A stretch of 64,000 nt of DNA from Mytilus trossulus (GCF_036588685.1 NC_086374.1:90396001-90460000), one strand, 5' to 3'. Positions 37,974-51,095 are shown, counted from the first letter of the stretch. Numbers and translations are program-made. Notes: generated from the sequence alone by a model not told the origin.

Positions 37974-40532
37974 TTTGAAAATACCAGGTTCAAAATACAA
38001 ATTGGTATTTTACCTAAGTCATTATATAAAGTTAAATTCTTCGTTGTAATTTAGTATATATACAATAACAATAGTTTAAACAATCAGCTCCCGTTTTATC
38101 TACGTCATCTTATACATTTTGAATACGTTTTGATTCAATATCATCTCCTTTATTGAGGGTCTTTATGAAACGATTCAATATATCAATGCAGAGCAGTACA
38201 TAGTCTTCTAACTGTGTAAATTAACTCATCATAGATACAAGGGTTAAATTTTGTATCCTCACCAGACGCACGTTCCGTCAAATTTGTTTTAATCATAGTT
38301 GATAGAAATAAAGACAACAGTAGTATACCACTGTTCAAAAGTCATAAATCGATTGAAAGAAAAAAAAATCCGGATTACAATCTAAAACCATGAGAAACAC
38401 TATAAGAGGAAAACAACGAAATAAAAGAACACAAAAGTGCAACAAAAACAAATAACAATGCAACAAACATTTACTTATTTGAAGGATTCATACAAATATT
38501 TGAAACGATTTTCAAAGTTAAATTTGCTTAATCGATAAATCCTTATCGACATACAGACCCCCTCTAATGCAGCCAAGCCTGGAAGATATATAACAAACCT
38601 TTGCCATGCAACAATTATAAATGAAACCTTAACAGAGTATGGCACTGCTGATCTGTCATTCGGATCTTTAAATTTAAAGTACAGTTAATGGTGTGATGAG
38701 AAGATTGTATGTATTATTTTTCAATGACTTGGTAATATAATACATATTGTGCATGCCATTAAAATTATTAAAATGTAGTTTGACAGATGAGTAATCTTGT
38801 AAAAGGTCTATCGTGACTACAAGTCCCTCTAACCTTCAATACTTTAATCATTTAATTTATATACAATGTATATGTTGGTCTTAAACATACATGTATTGTA
38901 TTGTTTCGTGAAAGAAAGATAAAGATACGTCTTGTTAAGTATTTCATAGTTTCTCACAGTAAAATATCGTCTTAACCATACAGCATACTTTCATGTGAAA
39001 ATGTCCCAAACAACGAATGCATCAATAATAACTCGGTATTATTTTTAATTTGCTTATTTAGAATACTAGGATCTTAAATAAAGATTCATCATAAGGAAAA
39101 CCCCACAAAAATAAACTGAGGTGCTTCGAAATTGGACGTGATCCTAAGCCACTTTTAGCACACACCTTGCAAGCTTAGGAACCGTAACTCTAATTGTCCT
39201 TGGGGTATTTTTAGGGAATATATCTCTTATAAAATTAATAGTATATTGTGAAGTATGCTTTATTTCGTTTGATGTGCTTGAGCATTTGTTTTGGTAATTT
39301 GCTAAAGGTTTTCCGTTTAGAAATTTCCTCGGTGTTCGGTATTTTTGGGATTAACTTTTTCAGATGTTTTTAAAAATCTTTTTATATAAATATCATGGTT
39401 TGAAAGTCCCTAAGCAAATGACAAAATCAAAAGTTCAAACACATCAAACGAATAGATATCTGACTTTTTTCATATGCAGAAAATGGTGGATTAAACCTGG
39501 TTTTGAAGCAAGACAAACAGACACAATAGGTAAAAATGTCAAAACTAGGCACAACATTCAAACATTGTGTCACAATTTCAATCACTACAAAAACAAACAA
39601 CTATCCAATCAAAGAAAATCAAGAAATGTCTATTGAAAATATATTTACTGAAGACATAACTCCAGAAGGTTACGAGGACTTTCTAAATTGGTGTCAGTAC
39701 GGTGGATTCTATTGGAAAGTTGTCTAATTGGCAATACAATATACATGTTCCAAGACGAGGCTATGTAGGATATTTGATGTGATATGATATAGACTATATA
39801 CGTATATGTTGTTAAACATTTGGTTAATAAAGAATTGACTAATGTTTAGTTTTAGCTTGTTGTTTTGTTATAAACGAAGCCGTTGGTTTTTATTTCACTA
39901 AATGTTTCACATTTTGTCATGTCGAGTATTTTATAGCTCACTTTACGTATGTTTATTTTCTTTCTTCTACGTTGAGATCATTGCGGTGGCCTATGTATAC
40001 TTCATTTGTTGAATAGTTGTGTAATTGGCATAACATGTAACACCATATTACCTTTTCCTTGTATATTTTATATTGTCATTGAACCATTGTAAAAAGTGAA
40101 ATCACAAAAATACTGAACTCAGAGGAAAATTAAATCGGAAAGTCCCTAATCACATGGCAAAATCAAATGACAACAAACATCAAAAACGAATGAACAACAA
40201 CCGTCATATTCCTGACTTGGTACAGGCATTTTCAAATGTAGAAAATGGTGGATTAAACCTGGTCTTATAGCGCTTAACCTATAACTTTGTACGACAGTTT
40301 CATCCAATTCCGTCTGCGTGAACTAAACAGACATAATAAATAAAATAGTTAAAATATGGGTACATCAGTCATCATCGTGTTACAATTTTAAAAGAAATAC
40401 TTTTGCTTTTTTGACGTCAGAAAATTTATACGTCACATATTTTTGTCATTCAGTGTTTATACAAACAATTTTTAAAAATTTACATGGGCAATGTTAGTAT
40501 GCAGGGTTAAGAAATCAAAAGTATGTTTAGTA

Positions 40533-40908
40533 CGCCATCACGAGTTGGTTGACCGTTATGGAATAACCGTTTCACAAATGATATCGGATATGTTCCTTAC
40601 GTCGTAACTACAATCCCCTTCCCTTTCATGAATTTGACCTACCGAATAAGACTATTTACCGGATTTGTAATCACATAAGCAACACGACGGGTGCCGCATG
40701 TGGAGCAGGATCTGCTTACCCTTCCGGAGCACCTGAGATCACCCCTAGTTTTTGGTGGGGTTCGTGTTGTTTATTCTTTAGTTTTCTATGTTGTGTCATG
40801 TGTACTATTGTTTTTCTGTTTGTCTTTTTCATTTTTAGCCATGGCGTTGTCAGTTTGTTTTAGATTTACGAGTTTGACTGTCCCTTTGGTATCTTATGTC
40901 CCTCTTTT
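40533..40908 (+). mobile_element. 5'-truncated retroelement tail insertion with ~24-bp target-site duplication
   Basis: Homologous to 25074-25445; flanked by AAGAAATCAAAAGTATGTTTAGTA (40509-40532) and AAGGAATTAAAAGTATGTTTAGTA (40909-40932). Confidence 0.75.
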
Positions 40909-41369
40909 AAGGAATTAAAAGTATGTTTAGTATACAGGGTTAAGAAATAAAAAGTATGTAATAATTTTATTTCAGAAACAGACCAAGATTTTAAATAGTC
41001 CAAAAGTTCTATAGAATTAATTAGAATCCATTTCACTACTCGAAAAAATAATGTTGACGTGTGTGGTTCCACGTATTTTCTAATTTATAATAGAAATATA
41101 ACATAGTGACATACCATAGAACAATAACATATTGATAGACTCTTTTAAAGTACAAAGTAACGTTATAAGAACCAACGAAACACAAAATGTCGCACATACA
41201 AAACACACCAGGAAAAATGAAAGAAAACACAACCACATTGACGGGAGCTATAAGTACTGAGCCACGTTAAATGAATATCACAGAAAACAATCCAACAGTA
41301 AAAGATATTTTATTCATAGAACAAAGACTAATGAAAAAACAATATAAAACGTTGTTAAAATGATAAACA

Positions 41370-42060
41370 ACGTCAGTACGAAGAATCTGTACATCAATAC
41401 AATCATGTACTATTTGTGAAGTTGATACGGAATATTTATCAACAATGTTTTGTACCTTCCGGTGAACTATTTTTTAGAGAAAGGACGAGACGTTCTTCGA
41501 CATATCCCTGGTTCATCAACTTTCTGCTCAGACACGTTTAACAAAGTCTGAGTAGGAGCTGCAAGCTCTTGAATATCTCATTAATTTGGAAATGTATATC
41601 CCATATGCAGGTGAGGTTGGTATATTGCTGTTAAGGATTTATAATTACAAAATTGTCATAGATTCGTGTACTGAGATGACTGTGTATATTAAATTCGAGA
41701 TATAAGTCTAAAAATGGGAAGGAGGAAGCCGTGTCTGTTGTTTCTTTAATTTCTAGTTCTGGGGGATATATTAATGGAACCCAATCAGAAAAATTCGGAT
41801 TGTTTATGGAAAGAACATCATCAATATATCTGAAAGTGAAATTAAATAATCTGACTTCTTTGTTCCTCTTGCTTTTGACAAGTGTCTGAAGGAACTCCGA
41901 TTCATATTAAAAAAAGAAAAGGTCGGCAAGGAGAAGCGCACATTTTGTTCCCATAGGGATGCCGACAATTTGTTGAAAAAGTCTACCTCCAAACTTAACA
42001 AATAAGTTGTAGGTAAGAAACTACAGCATACTGATCACTTGTTCTTATGTGTAGCATGTA
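41370..42060 (-). mobile_element. Decayed Penelope-like reverse transcriptase; non-coding tail probably extends to ~40090
   Basis: Minus-strand peptides LFQQIVGIPMGTKCALLLADL and NFTFRYIDDVL (catalytic YIDD), interrupted by stops and frameshifts. Confidence 0.8.
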
Positions 42061-42949
42061 ACTTTCTTATACACGAATACTACATTCATGTTCTGACATT
42101 CACACAATATTTAGGATGGAGATGGGAATAGTAAATGTTATAAGATGTATGCGTTTGCCATTTGATTAGTGACTTTCCGCTTTGAATTTTCTTCGGAATT
42201 CATTATGTTTGTGATATAACTTTTTTAGGGTATTTTATAATGGGTAATATGATTTCAAGTCAAAACAGAATTAAAAAGTTACATGTTATATTGTTCTGTA
42301 TATTTTTCTTTGTACATTTGACATCCTTTCTGCTTAGTTCAAGTTTGGTAATATATGATTATGTCGTAGTTTGGTATGTGTACATCCCAGCATAGTGTCA
42401 CTGTGCAATTGTATTGTTTTGTATTGTATTGTATTTTATTTTTGTTCATGTACTTTGGCTTTAGAATGTCAATATGCCATTCTGTTTTTCTTTGTTGAAA
42501 TAGTTATTTGGTATATGTTATATAGTGATTAAGATTATAACCTAATGTTGACTGCTGTATACTACCCCAATAATACCTATTTTGTCTGGGTTTTTTTTCT
42601 GTTTTTGGAAATATGTGTACCAATTCTTTTTTCAATTTGTTTGATATGTTTTAGCTTTTGATTTTGCCATTTGATAAAGGACTTTCCGTTTTGAATTTTC
42701 GTTGAAGCTCGGTATTTCTGTTATTTTACTTTTTACCAATGAGGCAAATGAAACTCATGAATTAAAAAAGGACCGAACAAATTATTGATAAAAAATAAAA
42801 AATAAAAGTAGATAATATCAACATTATAATACATATATGTGTTATGATTGCAATTGAGTCAACTATCCACAAGAGACCAAATGACACGCATACGTTTTAA
42901 CTGATTTGAAAAATAAACAGCAGTCAGTGTTGAAGTTTAATATTTTAAC

Positions 42950-43885
42950 TAGTGTTGTCAAATCGTACACTTTTGCCTAACCGGTTACTCGGATAATCGT
43001 TCGACCGATTAACCGGTTAATCGGTAGTTTTAAGTTGTCGTTTGAAAGCCTTTTCAATAGTACCATACATGTACACATAGTTATAAGATGTGGTATAAGT
43101 GTCAATTTGACAACCTTTCATCCAAGTCATAATACTACGATTAAAGAATTGAAGTTTGTCCTTTGGCATTATAAGGCTTGTCTGTGAGGATTCCAGGAGA
43201 AGTTTGGTTTTTGATAAACAAATACACCGTATCAACTATAGCATTTGTACCAACAACAAAAAAAAAGATATGGTATGATTCCCAATGAAACAATTGTCCA
43301 CAAGAGACTAAAATGACACAGAAATTAATAACTATAGCTCAACATACGACCTGTTTCTTTACTGTGTTTGCTTGTTTCGTTAAGCATGTTACTCGTACTA
43401 TCACGTATACCTTGAGTACATTAATATTAGTTTGCATTTCACACTTTTTAAGGCAGCATTTCGTTTAAAGAAAGACTAAACCTTGCACTACTGAGTTTAC
43501 ACATTTAGATGTTTACACAATATTAGATCAAAAACGAAATAATGAACTAATTAGTAAAATTTAATCGCATCTCTGATTTAAAGTTATTGTTAAAAAAACA
43601 TGTTTACCGATCATGTTTCTTTAAGGTCCTGCCCCGAGCTCTAATTAATTTTATGTATTTAGGATCAACAATAGCAATCAATATACTGGACAATTGATCT
43701 GTCAAATAAATAACTACGACGACATTTTTAAAATAAAACCTAACTATTTAATGATTTCCATGCAAATTTATATCAAAACTATTAAAATTGAAAAAAAGTC
43801 CGGTTAACCGGTTAGCGTTTTTGGTATTCGGTATTCGGTCGTTCGACCGGTTAACCGGTTAACCGGTTAACCGTTGACAACACTA
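42950..43885. mobile_element. Non-autonomous hAT-like DNA transposon
   Basis: 12-bp TIR TAGTGTTGTCAA / TTGACAACACTA; exact 8-bp TSD ATTTTAAC (42942-42949 and 43886-43893); subterminal AACCGGTT palindromes. Confidence 0.9.
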
Positions 43886-44535
43886 ATTTTAACCACTTAT
43901 ATACGTGAAGAATTCATTGTTGTACAAGTATATGAAGAAGACAATTGCCGAATTTTAACCTTCGTCGTTACATGTTATGGATTGAGGTAACATATGAACT
44001 GAAGCATAAACTATAACTGATGTACTAAACACAATTTCCTTTCTTTGAGACCAAGCTGTGAAACAAGCCTACACGCTACTACTTAACATAATAAAGCTTC
44101 AGACCAAACAAACAATTATTCACTTTCATTGAAAAGTTGGACGCATTTTTTTTAAGTGCAATCAAGGATTTGTAAACTTAACTTACAATACAAATCCTTT
44201 GTGCAATACCTATTGTAAATTTTCTAACTATTGGCAAACTGAAAGACGCTTCACGACAGATCTACAAATTGATAACATGCATAACATTATCGAGCTGCAG
44301 ACCAAATAAAATAATCCTCGCTTTCATAGAAGGAAAGAAAACTTTGACGACAATTTTTTCTACGAAAGGTCCGGAAAGACGGAATGACAGATTTTACAAC
44401 TTATTTGTGTACATCAATGAGGGAGCAATATCGCGACATAAATCATCGATTTACATCTAAACTTAGGTCTACAGTGGATTTTGTAATCTTTTTATTTGAA
44501 CAAATACACAGCACACCAATCGAGAGAGTACAGTG

Positions 44536-46863
44536 TTAATACAACGACGTAATTTTGTGTTTGTCATATGTCACAAAGATTTTACCATCCATTTCAATGA
44601 GAAATAACGGTTTGTTGAAGTGTGAATCTTTAGGCGTTGTCACTTTCATAAGAACACCCTCGGGACTTATCAAATGTATATTATTCGAGTAGTATGCAGC
44701 GACATACACATTCCCGCTTTGATCTAAGACTAGCCCCATTGGCATCCGCAGATTATGATGACTATAAGAAAATATATTGGTGCCATCTAAAGTTGTGCAA
44801 ACCACTGAACCTTTGTCTGCTGAATCAGAATAATAAATCCTGTTGTCGGCTGCACAGACGTAGTTAACGTGATCCCCTTTGGTCAATATGCTTCTCTCGA
44901 ACATCAAATTATAGTCCTCGTCCATTCGCCATATTTCAAGCTTTGTATGACATGCAACTATGATATATCCATCCATATAAGATATTCCGTAACATTTTCC
45001 ATTGGTCTTATAATAAGCTCCTTTTGTATTGTGGTCATCTCCGAATTCCAGAACTTGCAATCGATTTTTTAGGGGAATTGTGGCGATCACCATTAGAGTC
45101 GAGCGTCGAGGTGGCAGAACTGTGACGTCAAACGGATTTGCTTCCTGTTCCGATTTGAACGAGAAAACCTGTTTTTCTTCTCTGTGACCTTCTATTGAAT
45201 AACCGCGTATTTCTTTCCCACGATTGTCAACCAGAAGAAGTGACGACTTCAATGAACACCCTCCTGTTATTTTACTGCTGGAATATCTTAGAACAAGAAA
45301 GGTACTGCCCTTTTCCCGCCGCGGATGGAGAAGTTTAGATCTTGGTGTTAGGATTCCGCTGTGTTTTGGTCGTGCTTCAAATGCTGGAGGAGGAGTAATC
45401 GGCCTTTGATTGATTTCTACTTCTGCCAGCTTTCCCATGTTTCCAGCTAAGTTATTGGAAACAACAACAAAATCTGTGCGTTTGAGTTTCGATATTCTAT
45501 GGTGCAAATTTTCGTCCAGGATTTTACACTGGTGTCTAATTTTAGCAAGCTCTGTCAACGCTAAGACATCTGATGAGTTCTTCAAGACACTATCTAATAA
45601 TAGCTTATAAAAGGAAACACTTTGTTGTTTATGTTCAAAAAGTTGGACTTCCTTTTCAATCTCTTTTGTCTTTTGACGATGAATTTTATCAAGATCATCC
45701 ATCATACTACTCTCTAGTTTGTCCAAATGTTCATTTATTTGTTCGCGCATTTTTTTAACAGCTTTTTTCTCTTCTGATTTTTGGTGCTCAAGGTCATCAA
45801 TATTTCTCCTCCTGTCTTGGAGAATATGTTCTGAATGTGATCCCATAATTTCTAAATCCCCAATCAGCCTGGTTGTTTCTGGTTTATTCTTTACGCTAGA
45901 TGCGGCCAATTCCAAAGATTCGACATCGCATAACTCGTGACTTGATTTCCAGCAGATCTCACAACAAGGAAATTTATGATCTTGACAAAAATATTTAATT
46001 CTTTCGTATTCATGAACATTACATTTTCCGGAAGTTTCCGCTATCTGAGGATTTTTCTCGATTTGTGACATCTTAAATACATGATGTATTGATGGTGACG
46101 TCAGAGCGTTGTGGTAAGACAAATGTTCAGGGCACAACGTTTCTGCGCAGTAAGAGCACCATGAGTCGGCTGATGTTCTCTTTCCAGTATTGTTGCAAGG
46201 TTTACATTGCTTTTGTTTGATCTGTTTCTGTACCAACAAAGACGAAATGAAAAGACTCGGTGGTAAACTTTCAGCAAAAACTTTGGCGTCAACGTTATTG
46301 CGCGAATTTGAAACCGGAATTTCGCACACTGGACATCGAATTTGACAATGCGGATCCTCATCTTTTAAGTTTGCCACATTGGAGGAAATACAACCCTCGC
46401 AAAACGCATGGAGGCATGGAAATTGCTTCGGCGCCGTCATCTCCTTGTCACATATTGGACAAACCATTAAATCTGATTTTAAAACGTCGGCCATTGATTT
46501 AGCAGAAATTGGTCTCACTGGTCTGTTTGTCCCATTGTCATGTTGTGGACTGATACCTCCAATTGGATATGAAACTGATTTAGATCCATTTGGTGTCATC
46601 TTGTCGGGAGTGTGTCCTGGTTTCTCTTCAAATGATGGTTTTAAATCCATACTTCCGGTGGTTTCACCAGCATTTGTTGGCATGTTCGTTGCCGATCCTG
46701 TCTCATTCTGTTTTGTCCCATTAACAGGCATAGTGCCATTTTTTTGGTTACTCATACTGTTAATGCTATTGTCTGATGTCTTTAACACGTTCCCATGATT
46801 CACTGGGAAAGGCACAGGACCACCAATTCCTATCTTATCTGAAGAACGAATGCTGGCAGACAT
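44536..46863 (-). CDS. TRIM-NHL-like E3 ligase F (disordered N-terminus, RBCC, NHL/beta-propeller), 775 aa, single coding exon
   Basis: RING CPIC..FPCLHAFCEGC..CPVC, WCSYCAETLCPEH, CNVH..FCQDHKFPCCEIC, coiled coil, LRMPMGLVLDQSGNVYVAAYYSNNIHLISPEG. Propeller is clearly paralogous to gene E (LVDNRGKE, NPFDV, SI.TKGD). AATAAA on - at 44491-44496. Confidence 0.93.
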   Translation of the reverse strand: MSASIRSSDKIGIGGPVPFPVNHGNVLKTSDNSINSMSNQKNGTMPVNGTKQNETGSATNMPTNAGETTGSMDLKPSFEEKPGHTPDKMTPNGSKSVSYPIGGISPQHDNGTNRPVRPISAKSMADVLKSDLMVCPICDKEMTAPKQFPCLHAFCEGCISSNVANLKDEDPHCQIRCPVCEIPVSNSRNNVDAKVFAESLPPSLFISSLLVQKQIKQKQCKPCNNTGKRTSADSWCSYCAETLCPEHLSYHNALTSPSIHHVFKMSQIEKNPQIAETSGKCNVHEYERIKYFCQDHKFPCCEICWKSSHELCDVESLELAASSVKNKPETTRLIGDLEIMGSHSEHILQDRRRNIDDLEHQKSEEKKAVKKMREQINEHLDKLESSMMDDLDKIHRQKTKEIEKEVQLFEHKQQSVSFYKLLLDSVLKNSSDVLALTELAKIRHQCKILDENLHHRISKLKRTDFVVVSNNLAGNMGKLAEVEINQRPITPPPAFEARPKHSGILTPRSKLLHPRREKGSTFLVLRYSSSKITGGCSLKSSLLLVDNRGKEIRGYSIEGHREEKQVFSFKSEQEANPFDVTVLPPRRSTLMVIATIPLKNRLQVLEFGDDHNTKGAYYKTNGKCYGISYMDGYIIVACHTKLEIWRMDEDYNLMFERSILTKGDHVNYVCAADNRIYYSDSADKGSVVCTTLDGTNIFSYSHHNLRMPMGLVLDQSGNVYVAAYYSNNIHLISPEGVLMKVTTPKDSHFNKPLFLIEMDGKIFVTYDKHKITSLY

Positions 46864-49499
46864 ATTGGAACATGGAAACAGTAACTAATTGGCGATCAAA
46901 TATGTTTATACCTTAGATTGATTTAAAAGGCGACATTTGACAAATATGTTGTCATACATGAGGCAAATTAGATTACTATCTCGATTTATTGTTCTATACT
47001 TTAATCGTGATCAATCAAACCTGATCGTTTCCGTTTGTACCAACGTTGATCCAATAAAAAATAACAACTTAAAAGGAGAAGAACAAAACACAAACACACA
47101 AGCATATCAAAGCCATTTTATAGTATAAAAATACTGTGAAATGAGAAAAATTATAAAAATCGTAGATATTTGATTTTGTAGTTTTTCAAAAGTTTGCATA
47201 TAAGAATTATTTTAATTCGTGGTTCATCTAGACATGAAATACATTGAATTAAATTAATTAATCTATCAGTATGATCTGTCAGTTCCCACTGTATTTAGTA
47301 AACTAGGAATTGATAGTAATTAGTAAAAACGTGTTATTTTATGTATATTTATGTTGATATAACACATAAAAACGCAAAAATGTGGTAAACAAAAATAAAA
47401 ATATATAATGGATTTTGGAAGAAAAAAATGAGGTATAGAAAAGTGTCAGGTCCCCCAAGCACACATGTTTACCCCAGTGAGCTGGCAGTAATCATATGGA
47501 TTGAAATAAATAGATCATATCTAGATATTTCCAAGACAAAAAGGAAAGGCTAATTTGATTTGACTTCAGTTAACTTTCTTCATATGCTAGATAATGTCAT
47601 TATGTCCGTTCCAAATAACTAACTCTATTTAGAATATTTACGGCTTATTTATCGTGCACATTTTTATCACCATAGTCGATCCAATTTTTGTTTAATTTAA
47701 AACGTGAGACCATCGTTAAGTTTGTCATTGTATACAAAATACAGATTGGACCTCTTTAAACCAGATTGTGTGCAAATTAATCTAGATCATCATGTGTCTA
47801 TTGTTTCAATATAACTCCATGTTACTGCGTATTAATTACTAGTCAAGATTTAAAATTTATAATTAAAGAAGTAATATATTTAACACTTGAAAAAAAATAT
47901 ATACTATAACTACCCTCTTTTGAACAAAACCATTCTCATAAAACAATTTTAAATATAAAAAAGAGAAAATTTTGTTATTTCCTGTTTTTAAATGAAACTC
48001 GCTGTTGTAAGACTTCACAAATATATTTTTGTTAATTGTATATCAATTCTTTAATTTAATTTTTTTTTTTTATTCTTGCTCATGAACATGAGGATGAATT
48101 TATCACTGTTATCGGAGTTTTATCAGAAAGATAATGGAACAAGACAATTAAAATCATCTTCCGTCTTGTCTTTGAAACATCGGACAAAACACTATGCATC
48201 GAAAAGTTCTCGCAAATCGTCCCGAATTTGTTTTAACTATTTTTCACTGGACATTGAGCAAACAATAAACAACCCAACCCACTGTTCAGATAAATTCAAA
48301 CAGACATGGAATTAAGGCAAAAAACAACACCAAACAGAGTATTACCATATCTTCTAACAAAATGTAAATGAAAACGTTGTATACCCATATCTTTTGACAA
48401 ATTGATATGCATTCACCAACTTTCATCGGAGTATACAAAATAATAAATTGCTGTGCTGAGGGCAGCTGGAAACGACCCCAGAGCTCAAACCCTAAACAGT
48501 TGTGGCAAAAATGGACACAATAATAGCACTTGAGACAGGTCTTAATTTGTATTGTAATTAAATATTTGACACATAATAGGTTTCTGACACAGAATAACTG
48601 TAGTCAAAGAACTTAGAATTGATTATATGATTTGAATTTATATTCAACGAATTGCTTTTGTTCACTTCACTATGACATTTCAAATTGTTTCCCTCAAGAT
48701 ATGGTCATATTACATAATCTCAAATTTCTAATGAAGTTTGCAACCATAATTACCTTTATTTTACTTTAAATGAGATTGAATGCCTTCCTTATACTGCTTT
48801 AACATTGTTGTGATTGTCCCTTTACCAGGAAACCCTTGTTTCCCCCTTTTTTGCCTCCAATTCCTAAATGGTTTGAGCCATATTCCCCCAAGGTCAATCC
48901 TAACCATCCCTTTGTGGTATGGAATCTTGTGGTATAATTTCAGAGAGATTCATACACTTAAGCACAAGTTATTGTCTGGAAACTACTATAATGTTTATTT
49001 GGGCCCCTTTTTTGGTCCCCCATTCCTAAACTGTTGGGACAATAACCACAAATCAATCCCAACATTCCTTTTGAGGTTATGAACCTTGTGTTTAACAAAT
49101 TAAATAAAGAAAATAAGGAAAAACAGTAAAAAATAATAAAGAATCCAGACCCTCATAAATATTGTGTTTCTGTATAACCAGTGCTATATTATTTGATAAT
49201 ATTCAGAATAAAGAATCATTAAAGGTCATATCCAACCATTTCAGATGTGAAAATAACTGGAACCCTGCTTTTAAGTGGTAATTCTATTTATAGCAGTTTT
49301 GACATGTGACACATGGGTGAAAAAAGGGGAGGGGGGGGGGGGCTTGTGTGCCTTTTGAGCTGTTTAGATTCAACATATTTCTTGCCTATATAAAGTCACA
49401 CATACAGGAGCCCATTTTGTTTTTTAATATTTGCCTTTCTTAATACATCCATTTCTGTGAGGAGCTGGTTATTATTTGGGGATGACACCTGTTGTACAA

Positions 49500-50160
49500 C
49501 CTTTTACTCGAACCTGCAACGTTTTCTTGTCATTGATGCCGGCAGCATCCACAAATATTCACTCTGTGGTTAAAGTTTTTAAAAATTTAATAACTTTCTT
49601 AAACTGTTCTTTTGGACAAACTTGGACAGAAGCTTGTTTATGAACATAAGATAGAATCCTGAAATAAATTTTGTGAAACAAAAATTCCTGTTTTTCTGAA
49701 TTTAATTTATAAATGGACTTAGATTTTAGGCCAGTTAACATTACATTCACTCTGTGGTTAAAGTTTTTAAATTTTGATGATTCTTTTAAAATTTACCTGG
49801 ATTTCTGCCAGTTCACATATCATTTACTCTGTTTAATTTTTGAAATTTTAATAACTTTTTAAACTATCCTGAGATTTCTACCATACTCTGACAGAAGCTT
49901 ATTTATGATCATAAGATAGTATACAGAAGTAATTTTTTTAAAACAAAAAAACATGTTTACATGAATTTATAAATGGGCTTAGGTTGTCTGCCAGTTAACA
50001 TTATATTACATAGTCTGCACTCTGCAGTTAATTTTTTTAAATAATTTATAAGATTCATAATCCATCCTGCATTTGTACCAAACTTTGACAGAATCTTCTC
50101 TTACAATTGAAAGATAATATCTAGAGGAAAGTTTTTTATAATTTTACCTCCATTTTTGTT
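49500..50160 (+). repeat. Degenerate ~190-bp tandem repeat, possibly a HINE core
   Basis: CACTCTGTGGTTAAAGTTTTT and GACAGAAGCTT..TTATGA.CATAAGATAG recur about three times. Confidence 0.55.
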
Positions 50161-50229
50161 AACTGTAAATCTATTATGGGCATTTCCCTATCATACTAAA
50201 AACATAGACAACAGCAAAAGAAAGCTTAC

Positions 50230-50621
50230 GGGAGCTGGCTTCTCGGTTTCAAAGTAATTAACTTTTCAAAACACTAGTATATACTGATAGGGGACTAATA
50301 AAGAAATCCAAAAAGCAAAAAAAACTATATAGGTCACCGTGCTTGTTTTTGAGATATTAGCCATTGAAAATTTGGCGGGACAATATTCTCTCTTGACTTT
50401 TCATAGCTTTATCATTGACAAGTTTAAGTTCTCAAAAACTATTTAAAAATAATTAAAATTTTATAAGACTTTAACAGATGACTTATCATTATGCATGTAA
50501 AAGATTTTCTCAAAGAAAAATGGGGGTCACCGGGCAAATTTTTTGAAGGCATTCAAATGGATAAAACCAAAGGATTCCGAAAATCTGACAAAAAAATCAA
50601 AAACATGACAAGCCAGCTTCC
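50230..50621. mobile_element. Short TTAA-type MITE (Kolobok-like)
   Basis: TTAC|GGGAGCTGGCTT ... AAGCCAGCTTCC|TTAA. Confidence 0.6.
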
Positions 50622-50832
50622 TTAATATGAAGAAAAGAAAAGAAGGTACAAAAAAAGAGAAAAAAAATACATTAAATAAATTTCATGTGGCTTATGGAAC
50701 TGGTAGTAATCCTTTCCTCCACACTGAATGTCTGAATAATACTCATAGATGAAAAACAGCAATAAAAAACTTTTATGTTGCTTTTTGATACTGTCAAGTG
50801 CAGTAGAAATTTTGTGTCAAGACTAAATACAC

Positions 50833-50838
50833 TTTATT
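50833..50838 (-). promoter_or_regulatory. Probable polyadenylation signal of XAB2
   Basis: AATAAA on - about 260 nt after the stop codon. Confidence 0.5.
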
Positions 50839-51095
50839 CTTTTCTTTTCCATTAAACCGGGAATAGTATTGATAAAAAGACATGAACTGTGTTTACATAA
50901 TGTTTAATCATACTTTAGGCAATTTATGACTGTATCTCATCAGTAATTAAAGATTTAAGTCTAACAATCTTGAAATAATGGCAACTCAGTTACCAAAATT
51001 TGACAAAATTTTCATGTATAAATGAGATGAAATAACTTCCACTGATGCAATGTCTACATAGTTATCTCCCTTTGTTGAATTATAAACAAGTTCTT

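Noticed and set aside
38222-38280. Possible hammerhead ribozyme or retrozyme remnant (also GGCGTCACTG near 16269)
   Set aside because: The flanks resemble a mussel repeat I recall carrying a CUGAUGA..GAAA core, but both copies break off before a complete core.
27484-38612. RFX X-box-like motifs upstream of TRIM B (GTCTCCATTGTAAC) and TRIM E (TTGCCATGCAAC)
   Set aside because: Imperfect, at inconsistent positions, and not seen for all paralogues.
27015-46798. Plus-strand ORFs antisense to the TRIM genes (27015-27440, 33673-34023, 46379-46798 and others)
   Set aside because: Shadow ORFs of real coding strands with no domain signal.
1444-46863. Functional immune link between NEK7 (mammalian NLRP3 partner) and the adjacent TRIM array
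   Set aside because: Adjacency alone is not evidence in a eukaryote, and nothing in the sequence supports co-regulation.
18479-47100. Idea that the TRIM ORFs are variable exons spliced to one shared leader exon
   Set aside because: No consistent polypyrimidine-AG acceptor precedes the ATGs; 5' UTR introns cannot be excluded without transcripts.
32412-49342. Poly-G runs near 32412 and 49325 as G-quadruplex elements
   Set aside because: Simple homopolymers with no supporting context.
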